Source of the DNA: Paramoeba atlantica
Taxonomy: Eukaryota > Protista > Discosea
Assembly: GCA_977017575.1 (NCBI GenBank)
Contig: CDRNVI010000069.1
Location: 387,664 to 451,663 of the forward strand
DNA length: 64,000 nucleotides
Reading direction: 5' to 3'
Shown here: positions 7,953-18,585 of the stretch, in pieces
Position numbering within the stretch: position 1 is the stretch's first letter
How the letters are laid out: each line of letters starts with the position of its first letter
Notes under the pieces: model-generated
What the model was told of the DNA's origin: nothing
Seen by the model: the letters and a program-made list of their open reading frames with translations, nothing else
The model's database searches: none
Made by a program: the position numbers and the translations under genes

Positions 7953-10654
7953 CAAAACCACACCCTAACGGCCAGTTCTATAGTAACATTCAAACGAAAC
8001 AGAACGACACTTTTAATGCAAGTTCCCAAAAGGAGAAGAGTGGAAGAGAACATTGTACCAGTGGATGTTCGCAATGTGCAGAATTTATCAGGGAGATACG
8101 TGAGATGCGAGAATTTTTACGGCGGAACTTTGAGTTTGCAAGTAGCGGATACGGCGCGCGGAAATCTAGTGAAATTACTAATGGGGGTCACAGCAATGAC
8201 CCCGGAAATCAGGCAGGCATTGGATGCGATGGGAAATATGTGGAGCGCATCGACTTGGCAGGCGAGGGCAAGGTTGTGGGAAAGGTTAACGGCCTTTTGT
8301 CATTGGAAACAAATCGAAATCACCCCAATTCATGCAGTAACTTTCATCGCAAGTTTACCAATCAAAATCCAAGGAAAGTTGTCATACGCCCGAAGTTTGG
8401 CGTCCCTACTCAACTTAGCCGGCAAGGGAACGAACCCGCTACGTTTTTACATCAAGTCACTCATGGCGGAGGGTGCGACGGAGCCGCACCGTCAAATGGC
8501 GCCACTAACGCCGGAGTTACTGAAACAATTGTGGAACCACCTTCCTCACAGCGAAAGACATACGTTGCTGCTTTGTTGGAAGGCGGCAAGCCGGTGGTCC
8601 GAGACAGCGATGCTCACACGCGACAGATTCCACGAAGTGTCTTCGACAAGAATCGTGATATGGTGGGGCAGACAGACCAAAGCATCGCGGTACAACCCGT
8701 ATCGAGCGTCAATGTATACGGTTGTGGAAGGGCCGGGCACGGATCGTCTAGCGGATTACATAACAAAGCTGGGGCAGTTGCAGCCGATGTCAAGAACATC
8801 GGTATCCGAAGTGGATGCGAAGATACGCCGAATTCTGGGGACAGGTTTCGGCTCACACTCAGCGAAACGAGGAGCAATAACACAGCTGTTTGCGGAAGTA
8901 GTGAAGGGCAATACGCGCCTCGAGGAAGTACAACGATTAGCAAAGCATCAGTCCCTCGATTCGCTTCTTCGATACAACGCCGACCCGGTTACCACCGCGT
9001 TGGTGTTGGGCACGCAGAAAGCAACCAGCAAGTTACGGATCATGTAGAGGCAAGTGAAATTTTTCGTAAGTTCTTGGATGACATACCACAGGAAAAGGTG
9101 CGTCACACTATTACCAGAACGCGAAGGACGTCAAAGGTCGCGTTACCGAAGGATTATTCTATTCCATTGCATATCAAGCAGGGTATTCCCCGGATGTCGG
9201 TTAAGAAGTTGAGAGAAATGATGAATGAGGCGACTGGTGATCGATTCGATGAGACATTGGAGACTTTATTACGTTTACCGGAACAGGCATCCACCATTCC
9301 GCTATATAAGTCGTTTTTGCCGCACAATGACATAAAGGAATTAGCAGCGGCGGGTTTCATTTCCAGAGTATCAGACGAAGAAGCTAAGGTGCGGCCGTCT
9401 TTGGATTGGGTGATACCTTTCACAGTTGTGGAACCTGGTGAACATGAACATTCCGAACGTCGTCGTTTTATAGCGTGGACGCAGGCAGATAATGATCGCA
9501 TTAAGGAAATATATGAACCGTATGTCCCCGTTAGACATGCAGCGTATTATCTGCACCGCGCCAAAGAAGAAAGTGCCGTCAAACGGGATTTGGCGTGTGG
9601 GTTTTGGCAGGTCGCAATACCAGAGGAAAGTCGTCAAAAGTTTCGCTTTAAAGACGCAAAAGGGGATCTATACGAATTGACTGTAATGCCCATGGGGCAT
9701 CGGTGCGCTCCCGAGTTAATGCACACCTTGACAGCAACTCTAGCAGGTGACAGAAATTACTGTACCGAAAAGCACGCGTTCTTTTATTCCGGACTGGACG
9801 TTTATATTGATGGTATCCGTTTTGCCGCGCGGGATGAGATAGCAAATAAGTACGCTCGTTTTGTGGATGATAGAGCAGACAGATTAAATGCCTTGTTTAA
9901 GGATCGTGGAGAGCCGCCCGCACAGATTTACACATTCAATGGAATCAAGTATTTTCATAGACAAGGGAAAGTGGCTTTAGGAGACAAAATTTCGCGGCGA
10001 TTGCGACAGGATGACTTTGCTGCAGCCACTTATGCATCTTTGGAATCGGGGGTAGGCCGCCTTATTTTCGCCTCCGCTGTAATGGGTGTTCACCTTCCTC
10101 ACTATCACTTGGAAATGAAAATTGTTCGTCGTCGGATTAATAATCTAAATCGCGACCCTACTTTGCTGGATAAGCCCGTTTCCTTACCGACACCGGTGCG
10201 AATCGCACTTTCGGAGTGGCGAGATAAGCTGTTGTATAAAACTCCCGTCGATCCACCTCCACACCCAGACACGGTGCCGCATAACCATATTTTGTGTACA
10301 GACGCATCCTCTACCGGATGGGGTGCGGTCCTGTATTTGGATTACGGGCAAGTCGTTTGTGCTGGGTCGCGGTGGCCACCTGATTTTGAGTATGAAGTCA
10401 ATCGCGCAGAGGCACGCGCCGTTCGCCTCGCCTTTGAAAAATTTGGCCATCACTTTGGTAGGGATACGTGTGTAGATGTCTTCGTTGATAACACTTCCTG
10501 CGTCGCGGCATTAAATCGTAAGATGTCTAATTCGGATGGTATTACGTCGGAGCTTCGCCGTTTGTTGGATTATTTAAAGCGTAAAGGGTTGGTCGTTAAA
10601 GCCCAGTATATTTGCTCGAAGGAAAATCCTGCCGATCCGTACAGCCGCATGTAG
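7871..10654 (+). CDS. pol: RT-RNase H (copy 2)
   Basis: Identical translation; silent A>G at 9901. Confidence 0.88.
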   Translation: MAKLPEAIPAGFSRTGGWPCPQQQEFLTKPHPNGQFYSNIQTKQNDTFNASSQKEKSGREHCTSGCSQCAEFIREIREMREFLRRNFEFASSGYGARKSSEITNGGHSNDPGNQAGIGCDGKYVERIDLAGEGKVVGKVNGLLSLETNRNHPNSCSNFHRKFTNQNPRKVVIRPKFGVPTQLSRQGNEPATFLHQVTHGGGCDGAAPSNGATNAGVTETIVEPPSSQRKTYVAALLEGGKPVVRDSDAHTRQIPRSVFDKNRDMVGQTDQSIAVQPVSSVNVYGCGRAGHGSSSGLHNKAGAVAADVKNIGIRSGCEDTPNSGDRFRLTLSETRSNNTAVCGSSEGQYAPRGSTTISKASVPRFASSIQRRPGYHRVGVGHAESNQQVTDHVEASEIFRKFLDDIPQEKVRHTITRTRRTSKVALPKDYSIPLHIKQGIPRMSVKKLREMMNEATGDRFDETLETLLRLPEQASTIPLYKSFLPHNDIKELAAAGFISRVSDEEAKVRPSLDWVIPFTVVEPGEHEHSERRRFIAWTQADNDRIKEIYEPYVPVRHAAYYLHRAKEESAVKRDLACGFWQVAIPEESRQKFRFKDAKGDLYELTVMPMGHRCAPELMHTLTATLAGDRNYCTEKHAFFYSGLDVYIDGIRFAARDEIANKYARFVDDRADRLNALFKDRGEPPAQIYTFNGIKYFHRQGKVALGDKISRRLRQDDFAAATYASLESGVGRLIFASAVMGVHLPHYHLEMKIVRRRINNLNRDPTLLDKPVSLPTPVRIALSEWRDKLLYKTPVDPPPHPDTVPHNHILCTDASSTGWGAVLYLDYGQVVCAGSRWPPDFEYEVNRAEARAVRLAFEKFGHHFGRDTCVDVFVDNTSCVAALNRKMSNSDGITSELRRLLDYLKRKGLVVKAQYICSKENPADPYSRM
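8016..9047 (+). CDS. Tyrosine recombinase (copy 2)
   Basis: Identical translation to copy 1. Confidence 0.9.
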   Translation: MQVPKRRRVEENIVPVDVRNVQNLSGRYVRCENFYGGTLSLQVADTARGNLVKLLMGVTAMTPEIRQALDAMGNMWSASTWQARARLWERLTAFCHWKQIEITPIHAVTFIASLPIKIQGKLSYARSLASLLNLAGKGTNPLRFYIKSLMAEGATEPHRQMAPLTPELLKQLWNHLPHSERHTLLLCWKAASRWSETAMLTRDRFHEVSSTRIVIWWGRQTKASRYNPYRASMYTVVEGPGTDRLADYITKLGQLQPMSRTSVSEVDAKIRRILGTGFGSHSAKRGAITQLFAEVVKGNTRLEEVQRLAKHQSLDSLLRYNADPVTTALVLGTQKATSKLRIM

Positions 10655-11334
10655 TCAAAATGAATTGAAAGTTCATCTAATTCAAAATATAGGTAGTTCC
10701 AAAAATATAGTATAACTTATTTATAACTTATTTATAACTTATTTGGTATATAGAATCATCAAAAAAAAAAAAAAAAAAAAAAAAACAGGTTATTAAGTGT
10801 GTGGGATAAGGCAGACCGTTTTCTTGTATCTGGAGTAGGCGCCACATACGAGTAGCAGTACCTGCGAGTGGGTATGTGTTGGACTGGCGAATGGGTGGTC
10901 CCCGCGTTGGACCCGTTCGCAAGCTCGTTGAAAGGGAGAGGTAAGTGTATGTTATTGTCATGGGATATTTATGTTTTGTCTTTTGCGCAGCTGTGACATT
11001 GTTTCATCTTTTTTGACATAGGAGATAACTTGGAATCATGTATAGGTTTGTATATGAGTTAATCGAATGTCTTTGCGAACAATATGAAATTTGTTTTCCT
11101 TTTCTAAATATATTATGATGTAAAATTCTTGAAGTTTACGGATAGAATTTGACGAGAAATATATTTTCGAAGTGATATGGATAGGATGCCCCGCCGGGGG
11201 GCATTGTACCTGTTTTTGTTTTAAACAATAAAATTGTGTTAATACTGATATACAAATATCCCGTAGTACGATATTCGAATATTTATAATTCAATTACTCA
11301 GGTTTACTGTTCTCGACAAAAGTTTCTCGACAAA

Positions 11335-12456
11335 ATGACCGTAATCGACATTCCTTTGACAGCCCGACGGTCATCACGCAGTGCTTCTCCGGCCTCTGAG
11401 CCGCTCGTGCCTACCGAGCCGCTTAGTCAGCAGGAGTTAAGTTTGGTTTGTACAGTGGCAAGGGAGAAATTGTTGTTCAAAAAATCGGTACAAGTGCGTG
11501 CGATCTTTCGACGGAAAGATGATTTAAATGGTGGTCGACAGACTGTGATGGGAAAGTTGCGAAAGGATGGCCTGGATTTATGGGCGGTGTGGGAGGACAA
11601 ACCGTCCAAGGAGTACCAGTTTCCTCATCCGGATTTGGATTATTATGAGCTCAACATTATCGAAGATCGAGAACTACCACCCGCTCTTATTGAGAACTCT
11701 TCGCAATTACTCACCGATGAAACGCATCAGCTGGGCTCACGTAATGAGGCTGCCGGCATGCAAGAGGTAATTGGGGGGAGAACTGGTGCCGCACCAATTT
11801 CAGAGGCTTTACGGGAAGGCAGATTACTCGACCCGAATGCATTGAACGCCTACGAACCTTTGACTTACGAGCCTTGGATTAATGCGGCGGATGACGATGG
11901 TTTTCGCACTAGGGACCTGATTCGCGAGCTTCGGGATGCGCCTGAGTTTGGTTTACGCGTTAATCAGTTTTATCATGATCGCACGTTTATTAAGCAGCAA
12001 GAGCGTTTGTTTAATTCTGTATTTTGCAAGTGGATTATTTTTGCGCGTTTGATACCCAACTGGAATGAAGGTGTGTACCTCGAAATGGGACGTGGGATTG
12101 TGCAGACACTTCGTGACGCGTACTGGCGAGCACGCCGCATAGATGTGGACTTGGTCCATCAAAAAATGGAGAAGGATATCCGTCCGGACGGCAAGTTTTA
12201 TCATCACGTGAATGATCAATTGGTTGAGCGACAGAAGCAATATGCACGTGTTCAGTCTTTCTCTGCTCCACCATCTATGCAAGTTTCGCGTCCCAATCAG
12301 TTCCCACCGCGACATGATGCATATCCTCCACGACGAAATTTATTATGCTTTGGATGTCGGTCGCCTGATCACATTTGGCGAAACTGCCCGAAGCGATTCC
12401 AGCAGGATTTTCGAGGACGGGTGGCTGGCCCTGCCCACAGCAGCAAGAGTTTCTGA
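11335..12456 (+). CDS. gag: Gag-like protein (copy 3)
   Basis: Identical translation to copy 1. Confidence 0.85.
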   Translation: MTVIDIPLTARRSSRSASPASEPLVPTEPLSQQELSLVCTVAREKLLFKKSVQVRAIFRRKDDLNGGRQTVMGKLRKDGLDLWAVWEDKPSKEYQFPHPDLDYYELNIIEDRELPPALIENSSQLLTDETHQLGSRNEAAGMQEVIGGRTGAAPISEALREGRLLDPNALNAYEPLTYEPWINAADDDGFRTRDLIRELRDAPEFGLRVNQFYHDRTFIKQQERLFNSVFCKWIIFARLIPNWNEGVYLEMGRGIVQTLRDAYWRARRIDVDLVHQKMEKDIRPDGKFYHHVNDQLVERQKQYARVQSFSAPPSMQVSRPNQFPPRHDAYPPRRNLLCFGCRSPDHIWRNCPKRFQQDFRGRVAGPAHSSKSF

Positions 12457-15158
12457 CAAAACCACACCCTAACGGCCAGTTCTATAGTAACATTCAAACG
12501 AAACAGAACGACACTTTTAATGCAAGTTCCCAAAAGGAGAAGAGTGGAAGAGAACATTGTACCAGTGGATGTTCGCAATGTGCAGAATTTATCAGGGAGA
12601 TACGTGAGATGCGAGAATTTTTACGGCGGAACTTTGAGTTTGCAAGTAGCGGATACGGCGCGCGGAAATCTAGTGAAATTACTAATGGGGGTCACAGCAA
12701 TGACCCCGGAAATCAGGCAGGCATTGGATGCGATGGGAAATATGTGGAGCGCATCGACTTGGCAGGCGAGGGCAAGGTTGTGGGAAAGGTTAACGGCCTT
12801 TTGTCATTGGAAACAAATCGAAATCACCCCAATTCATGCAGTAACTTTCATCGCAAGTTTACCAATCAAAATCCAAGGAAAGTTGTCATACGCCCGAAGT
12901 TTGGCGTCCCTACTCAACTTAGCCGGCAAGGGAACGAACCCGCTACGTTTTTACATCAAGTCACTCATGGCGGAGGGTGCGACGGAGCCGCACCGTCAAA
13001 TGGCGCCACTAACGCCGGAGTTACTGAAACAATTGTGGAACCACCTTCCTCACAGCGAAAGACATACGTTGCTGCTTTGTTGGAAGGCGGCAAGCCGGTG
13101 GTCCGAGACAGCGATGCTCACACGCGACAGATTCCACGAAGTGTCTTCGACAAGAATCGTGATATGGTGGGGCAGACAGACCAAAGCATCGCGGTACAAC
13201 CCGTATCGAGCGTCAATGTATACGGTTGTGGAAGGGCCGGGCACGGATCGTCTAGCGGATTACATAACAAAGCTGGGGCAGTTGCAGCCGATGTCAAGAA
13301 CATCGGTATCCGAAGTGGATGCGAAGATACGCCGAATTCTGGGGACAGGTTTCGGCTCACACTCAGCGAAACGAGGAGCAATAACACAGCTGTTTGCGGA
13401 AGTAGTGAAGGGCAATACGCGCCTCGAGGAAGTACAACGATTAGCAAAGCATCAGTCCCTCGATTCGCTTCTTCGATACAACGCCGACCCGGTTACCACC
13501 GCGTTGGTGTTGGGCACGCAGAAAGCAACCAGCAAGTTACGGATCATGTAGAGGCAAGTGAAATTTTTCGTAAGTTCTTGGATGACATACCACAGGAAAA
13601 GGTGCGTCACACTATTACCAGAACGCGAAGGACGTCAAAGGTCGCGTTACCGAAGGATTATTCTATTCCATTGCATATCAAGCAGGGTATTCCCCGGATG
13701 TCGGTTAAGAAGTTGAGAGAAATGATGAATGAGGCGACTGGTGATCGATTCGATGAGACATTGGAGACTTTATTACGTTTACCGGAACAGGCATCCACCA
13801 TTCCGCTATATAAGTCGTTTTTGCCGCACAATGACATAAAGGAATTAGCAGCGGCGGGTTTCATTTCCAGAGTATCAGACGAAGAAGCTAAGGTGCGGCC
13901 GTCTTTGGATTGGGTGATACCTTTCACAGTTGTGGAACCTGGTGAACATGAACATTCCGAACGTCGTCGTTTTATAGCGTGGACGCAGGCAGATAATGAT
14001 CACATTAAGGAAATATATGAACCGTATGTCCCCGTTAGACATGCAGCGTATTATCTGCACCGCGCCAAAGAAGAAAGTGCCGTCAAACGGGATTTGGCGT
14101 GTGGGTTTTGGCAGGTCGCAATACCAGAGGAAAGTCGTCAAAAGTTTCGCTTTAAAGACGCAAAAGGGGATCTATACGAATTGACTGTAATGCCCATGGG
14201 GCATCGGTGCGCTCCCGAGTTAATGCACACCTTGACAGCAACTCTAGCAGGTGACAGAAATTACTGTACCGAAAAGCACGCGTTCTTTTATTCCGGACTG
14301 GACGTTTATATTGATGGTATCCGTTTTGCCGCGCGGGATGAGATAGCAAATAAGTACGCTCGTTTTGTGGATGATAGAGCAGACAGATTAAATGCCTTGT
14401 TTAAAGATCGTGGAGAGCCGCCCGCACAGATTTACACATTCAATGGAATCAAGTATTTTCATAGACAAGGGAAAGTGGCTTTAGGAGACAAAATTTCGCG
14501 GCGATTGCGACAGGATGACTTTGCTGCAGCCACTTATGCATCTTTGGAATCGGGGGTAGGCCGCCTTATTTTCGCCTCCGCTGTAATGGGTGTTCACCTT
14601 CCTCACTATCACTTGGAAATGAAAATTGTTCGTCGTCGGATTAATAATCTAAATCGCGACCCTACTTTGCTGGATAAGCCCGTTTCCTTACCGACACCGG
14701 TGCGAATCGCACTTTCGGAGTGGCGAGATAAGCTGTTGTATAAAACTCCCGTCGATCCACCTCCACACCCAGACACGGTGCCGCATAACCATATTTTGTG
14801 TACAGACGCATCCTCTACCGGATGGGGTGCGGTCCTGTATTTGGATTACGGGCAAGTCGTTTGTGCTGGGTCGCGGTGGCCACCTGATTTTGAGTATGAA
14901 GTCAATCGCGCAGAGGCACGCGCCGTTCGCCTCGCCTTTGAAAAATTTGGCCATCACTTTGGTAGGGATACGTGTGTAGATGTCTTCGTTGATAACACTT
15001 CCTGCGTCGCGGCATTAAATCGTAAGATGTCTAATTCGGATGGTATTACGTCGGAGCTTCGCCGTTTGTTGGATTATTTAAAGCGTAAAGGGTTGGTCGT
15101 TAAAGCCCAGTATATTTGCTCGAAGGAAAATCCTGCCGATCCGTACAGCCGCATGTAG
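12375..15158 (+). CDS. pol: RT-RNase H (copy 3)
   Basis: As copy 1 except DNDR>DNDH. Confidence 0.88.
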   Translation: MAKLPEAIPAGFSRTGGWPCPQQQEFLTKPHPNGQFYSNIQTKQNDTFNASSQKEKSGREHCTSGCSQCAEFIREIREMREFLRRNFEFASSGYGARKSSEITNGGHSNDPGNQAGIGCDGKYVERIDLAGEGKVVGKVNGLLSLETNRNHPNSCSNFHRKFTNQNPRKVVIRPKFGVPTQLSRQGNEPATFLHQVTHGGGCDGAAPSNGATNAGVTETIVEPPSSQRKTYVAALLEGGKPVVRDSDAHTRQIPRSVFDKNRDMVGQTDQSIAVQPVSSVNVYGCGRAGHGSSSGLHNKAGAVAADVKNIGIRSGCEDTPNSGDRFRLTLSETRSNNTAVCGSSEGQYAPRGSTTISKASVPRFASSIQRRPGYHRVGVGHAESNQQVTDHVEASEIFRKFLDDIPQEKVRHTITRTRRTSKVALPKDYSIPLHIKQGIPRMSVKKLREMMNEATGDRFDETLETLLRLPEQASTIPLYKSFLPHNDIKELAAAGFISRVSDEEAKVRPSLDWVIPFTVVEPGEHEHSERRRFIAWTQADNDHIKEIYEPYVPVRHAAYYLHRAKEESAVKRDLACGFWQVAIPEESRQKFRFKDAKGDLYELTVMPMGHRCAPELMHTLTATLAGDRNYCTEKHAFFYSGLDVYIDGIRFAARDEIANKYARFVDDRADRLNALFKDRGEPPAQIYTFNGIKYFHRQGKVALGDKISRRLRQDDFAAATYASLESGVGRLIFASAVMGVHLPHYHLEMKIVRRRINNLNRDPTLLDKPVSLPTPVRIALSEWRDKLLYKTPVDPPPHPDTVPHNHILCTDASSTGWGAVLYLDYGQVVCAGSRWPPDFEYEVNRAEARAVRLAFEKFGHHFGRDTCVDVFVDNTSCVAALNRKMSNSDGITSELRRLLDYLKRKGLVVKAQYICSKENPADPYSRM
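12520..13551 (+). CDS. Tyrosine recombinase (copy 3)
   Basis: Identical translation to copy 1. Confidence 0.9.
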   Translation: MQVPKRRRVEENIVPVDVRNVQNLSGRYVRCENFYGGTLSLQVADTARGNLVKLLMGVTAMTPEIRQALDAMGNMWSASTWQARARLWERLTAFCHWKQIEITPIHAVTFIASLPIKIQGKLSYARSLASLLNLAGKGTNPLRFYIKSLMAEGATEPHRQMAPLTPELLKQLWNHLPHSERHTLLLCWKAASRWSETAMLTRDRFHEVSSTRIVIWWGRQTKASRYNPYRASMYTVVEGPGTDRLADYITKLGQLQPMSRTSVSEVDAKIRRILGTGFGSHSAKRGAITQLFAEVVKGNTRLEEVQRLAKHQSLDSLLRYNADPVTTALVLGTQKATSKLRIM

Positions 15159-16084
15159 TCAAAATGAATTGAAAGTTCATCTAATTCAAAATATAGGTAG
15201 TTCCAAAAATATAGTATAACTTATTTATAACTTATTTATAACTTATTTGGTATATAGAATCATCAAAAAAAAAAAAAAAAAAAAAAAAAACAGGTTATTA
15301 AGTGTGTGGGATAAGGCAGACCGTTTTCTTGTATCTGGAGTAGGCGCCACATACGAGTAGCAGTACCTGCGAGTGGGTATGTGTTGGACTGGCGAATGGG
15401 TGGTCCCCGCGTTGGACCCGTTCGCAAGCTCGTTGAAAGGGAGAGGTAAGTGTATGTTATTGTCATGGGATATTTATGTTTTGTCTTTTGCGCAGCTGTG
15501 ACATTGTTTCATCTTTTTTGACATAGGAGATAACTTGGAATCATGTATAGGTTTGTATATGAGTTAATCGAATGTCTTTGCGAACAATATGAAATTTGTT
15601 TTCCTTTTCTAAATATATTATGATGTAAAATTCTTGAAGTTTACGGATAGAATTTGACGAGAAATATATTTTCGAAGTGATATGGATAGGATGCCCCGCC
15701 GGGGGGCATTGTACCTGTTTTTGTTTTAAACAATAAAATTGTGTTAATACTGATATACAAATATCCCGTAGTACGATATTCGAATATTTATAATTCAATT
15801 ACTCAGGTTTACTGTTCTCGACAAAAGTTTCCCCTCCCACCAGCCCCCAAACCACTCCCCGCGTTGGACCCGTTCGCAAGCTCGTTGAAAGGGAGAGGTA
15901 AGTGTATGTTATTGTCATGGGATATTTATGTTTTGTCTTTTGCGCAGCTGTGACATTGTTTCATCTTTTTTGACATAGGAGATAACTTGGAATCATGTAT
16001 AGGTTTGTATATGAGTTAATCGAATGTCTTTGCGAACAATATGAAATTTGTTTTCCTTTTCTAAATATATTATGATGTAAAATT

Positions 16085-16101
16085 CAACAAGGTACAGAAA
16101 C
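16085..16101 (-). other. SL exon 3' fragment (GTTTCTGTACCTTGTTG), separated from the ORF at 2091 by the YR element
   Basis: 17/17 match to the SL consensus. Joining it to 2118-2092 gives SL|ATTTATTTTC...ATG, like the other element 5' ends. Confidence 0.8.
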
Positions 16102-16170
16102 ACTACATCATAATTTGAGAAAATTATGTGCCCCGAAGGGCCAGCAGGCAAATATATAGCCGCCCCTCGG

Positions 16171-18369
16171 CTAAATTTCAAAACGTGAACTATTAAGAAG
16201 ATTGCTGACCCGTTCATTTTCTCCGATGTATGCCCCTAGTGCTTTCAGGGCATCTGACTCAGAATTCACCCCGGCCATCTTTAGAGTCTCTGGAATTTCT
16301 CTACCTTCTCTCCCGCCAAACCACACACATTTTCTGTTAGCGAGTTGTACATCTCTCTCGCCCAAAAGGTCCCACAGTCTATAGAACGCTTTCGTCAAAA
16401 GATCCGCGTCGTCGGACACCAGATTTATGTCATCGATATAGGCAAAAATTTTCAGCGTTGGGTATTCAAGAGCCAATGTTGCGAGCATTGGCTGCATGAA
16501 GGTGCAGAAAAGAAAGCTGGAAAGCGGCGACCCCTGCCGCACACCTCGAGAACTACTAACCGTGCCGTGTAGCGTACCATCTTTCCCGTAGAACAACAGT
16601 TCAGATGGTTTAGAATATTGCGCATGGAAGAGACGTTGGAAAGGACGAAGCGTAGCATAAGAGTACAGAGAGTCGGCGATGTGATCGCGATACGGTGAAT
16701 TGAATGCATTGCACAGATCAATCGACAGAATTTTTTCACCCTTCATGTAGCTCTCCTGAAGTTGATGCACGATGGACTCGCATCCTGATTTTTGCGATAC
16801 CCCGTATTGCCAAGGAGCAAACAAAGTGCCAAGGGATCGTTCGTATTTCTGTAGCATAACCACTTCCGCTAGCTTCAGAAACATTTCCCCAACCGCGACA
16901 GGGCGAATACCTCCGTCGGCTTTCGGAATAGCAACCAGCCGCGCTCTTTTAAGTCTTGTCATCACCTCGTCCGCTACCTTCCCGTTGATCACATCCAAGA
17001 GCATGTGACATAGGGCAGAGCAACATACTTCGTCATCCAGAAGTATGCGAACGATTCCATCCGTGGTTCCAGAAGGGCCAGGAGCTGCTCCCTTAGCAAG
17101 ACGTCGTCCAGCCTCTCGAAGTTCTTGTGTCGATAAAATCGCCAAAGCTGGAGCATCTGCTGGAAGGTGGAATGTGCGTTCGGAATATGGATGAAGCGTT
17201 TTCAATTTCGCGATCGTCTCCTCGTCAGACAGCTTGCGCTCGATTACCTCCTGGTCCAACACTTTTGTGGCCTTAGATGCACATCCCTCAACGACCAACC
17301 GAATCGCTTTTTTGATCGCTCGGGCGTCCGAGGCTTCCTCATCCTCCATCGCATTCTCTGCCTTTTGGAGCTCGCGTTTCGATTTCATTGGCCTTCTGCG
17401 ACGTCTACGCGTGTAGGCCTCACGAACAGCAGCTAAAGAGAACTTCATCGCCGACATCAGTCTATGCCAGATTTTGTTTCTCTGATCGTACCCACAGTCC
17501 GCATAGTCCCTGATCAATTCCCGGTAAACCGCTATGACGCACGGGACGAATTCCGATCCTATCGATTTGACAGTGGGAATTGGCTCCAAATCCAAATCAC
17601 ATTCCGTATTGGTCACGCTTGGAATTAATGGATCACTTTGATTTGTAGTGGGTGAGTCGCCAGGATTTCCTTGGGCTTCCGGTCCGACTTGTCCATCCAT
17701 CCACACTATTCTGTATATCCTAACATTCGGTTGCGGTGGTAAGGTCCCCACGAAAGCTTCTTGTACTTGATGACCCTTAATCCCCTGATAGTCGATAGCT
17801 ATTTTGCGAATGCCCGCTCTTGTTTTAACTGAATCCACCACTCCAATCGAGATATTCAACAAGGGCTGTCGATCAAAACTCCATGCAACTACGCATTCAT
17901 TCCCTAGCCGAGCGTCTTTAGTCTGCTGCGCTATTCGTTCTGGGCTCAGGGGCAAGTCAACACCAATCCGCACCGTAGCGTAAAGCGCTCGAACTATCCG
18001 GGTGACCGCATTTACATTTCCTGATGTATCTGTGATTCGCAAATCTTCCTTTTCGAATCTCTGCTGCTCATGTGCTGTCGGCGGGCTATCGCAATCCAGA
18101 AATTCATTTAACACCTCATCAGGTGACATGATACCGGGTGTCAAGGGTCTAGGGGTGGCCTCTGTTACCAGAAAGGGTGGTGGAGAAGAATATTGTGGAG
18201 ACATGAGTTCTGCAACGGAAATATTCGTAACCGGTAGCGGAGACGGCAACTTCTGAAATGGGGACGACGGATCTGTTGCCGTATTTTCCGTGGCTTGAGT
18301 ACGATTCTGCGAAATGCAGATTGATGTTTTTTTGGTTCCGTCATAGTCAGATGACGAAGTAAAAAACAA
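16171..18369 (-). pseudogene. CRE-like RT ORF truncated at both ends
   Basis: AKGAAPGPSG, IRPVAVGE, SIDLCNAFN, GVRQGSPLS, AYIDD, LGAYIG. It stops right after the RT (break near 16196) with no Zn finger or endonuclease. Confidence 0.85.
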
Positions 18370-18475
18370 TGTATTTTGCTCGTTCTAATACTTCCCGGAG
18401 ATCACATAACCGTATATATGCATTTGGGGATTTAATCCTTTTGTTTATACCTATTCATTTCAAAAGTGGTCTTAA

Positions 18476-18585
18476 GCATAATTTTATCTTTGCAGAAATT
18501 TATCGCAGCATAATTTTATCTTTTCAGAATTTTTATCGCAGTAGAATTTCATCGCAACGAAATTTATCTCAGCAAAACTAGAAAA
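18476..18585 (+). repeat. Degenerate 16-17 bp minisatellite (gaattttatcgcag-like)
   Basis: About 6 imperfect units, e.g. agaaatttatcgcagc, agaatttttatcgcagt, agaatttcatcgcaac. Confidence 0.55.

Larger units (their letters stand above)
2119..16085 (+). mobile_element. VIPER/Ngaro-like tyrosine-recombinase retrotransposon, tandem trimer with split direct repeats
   Basis: Three units of 4504-4505 bp, each gag + YR + RT/RNase H. Terminal layout is A1(2119-2317)...B(15404-15633)-A2(15633-15831)-24 bp spacer-B2(15856-16085). No TSD; TC is shared at both ends and at internal B/A junctions. Confidence 0.9.

Noticed and set aside
15741-15953. Fourth gag gene
   Set aside because: Only repeat A2 plus B2; the sequence diverges before the real ATG.
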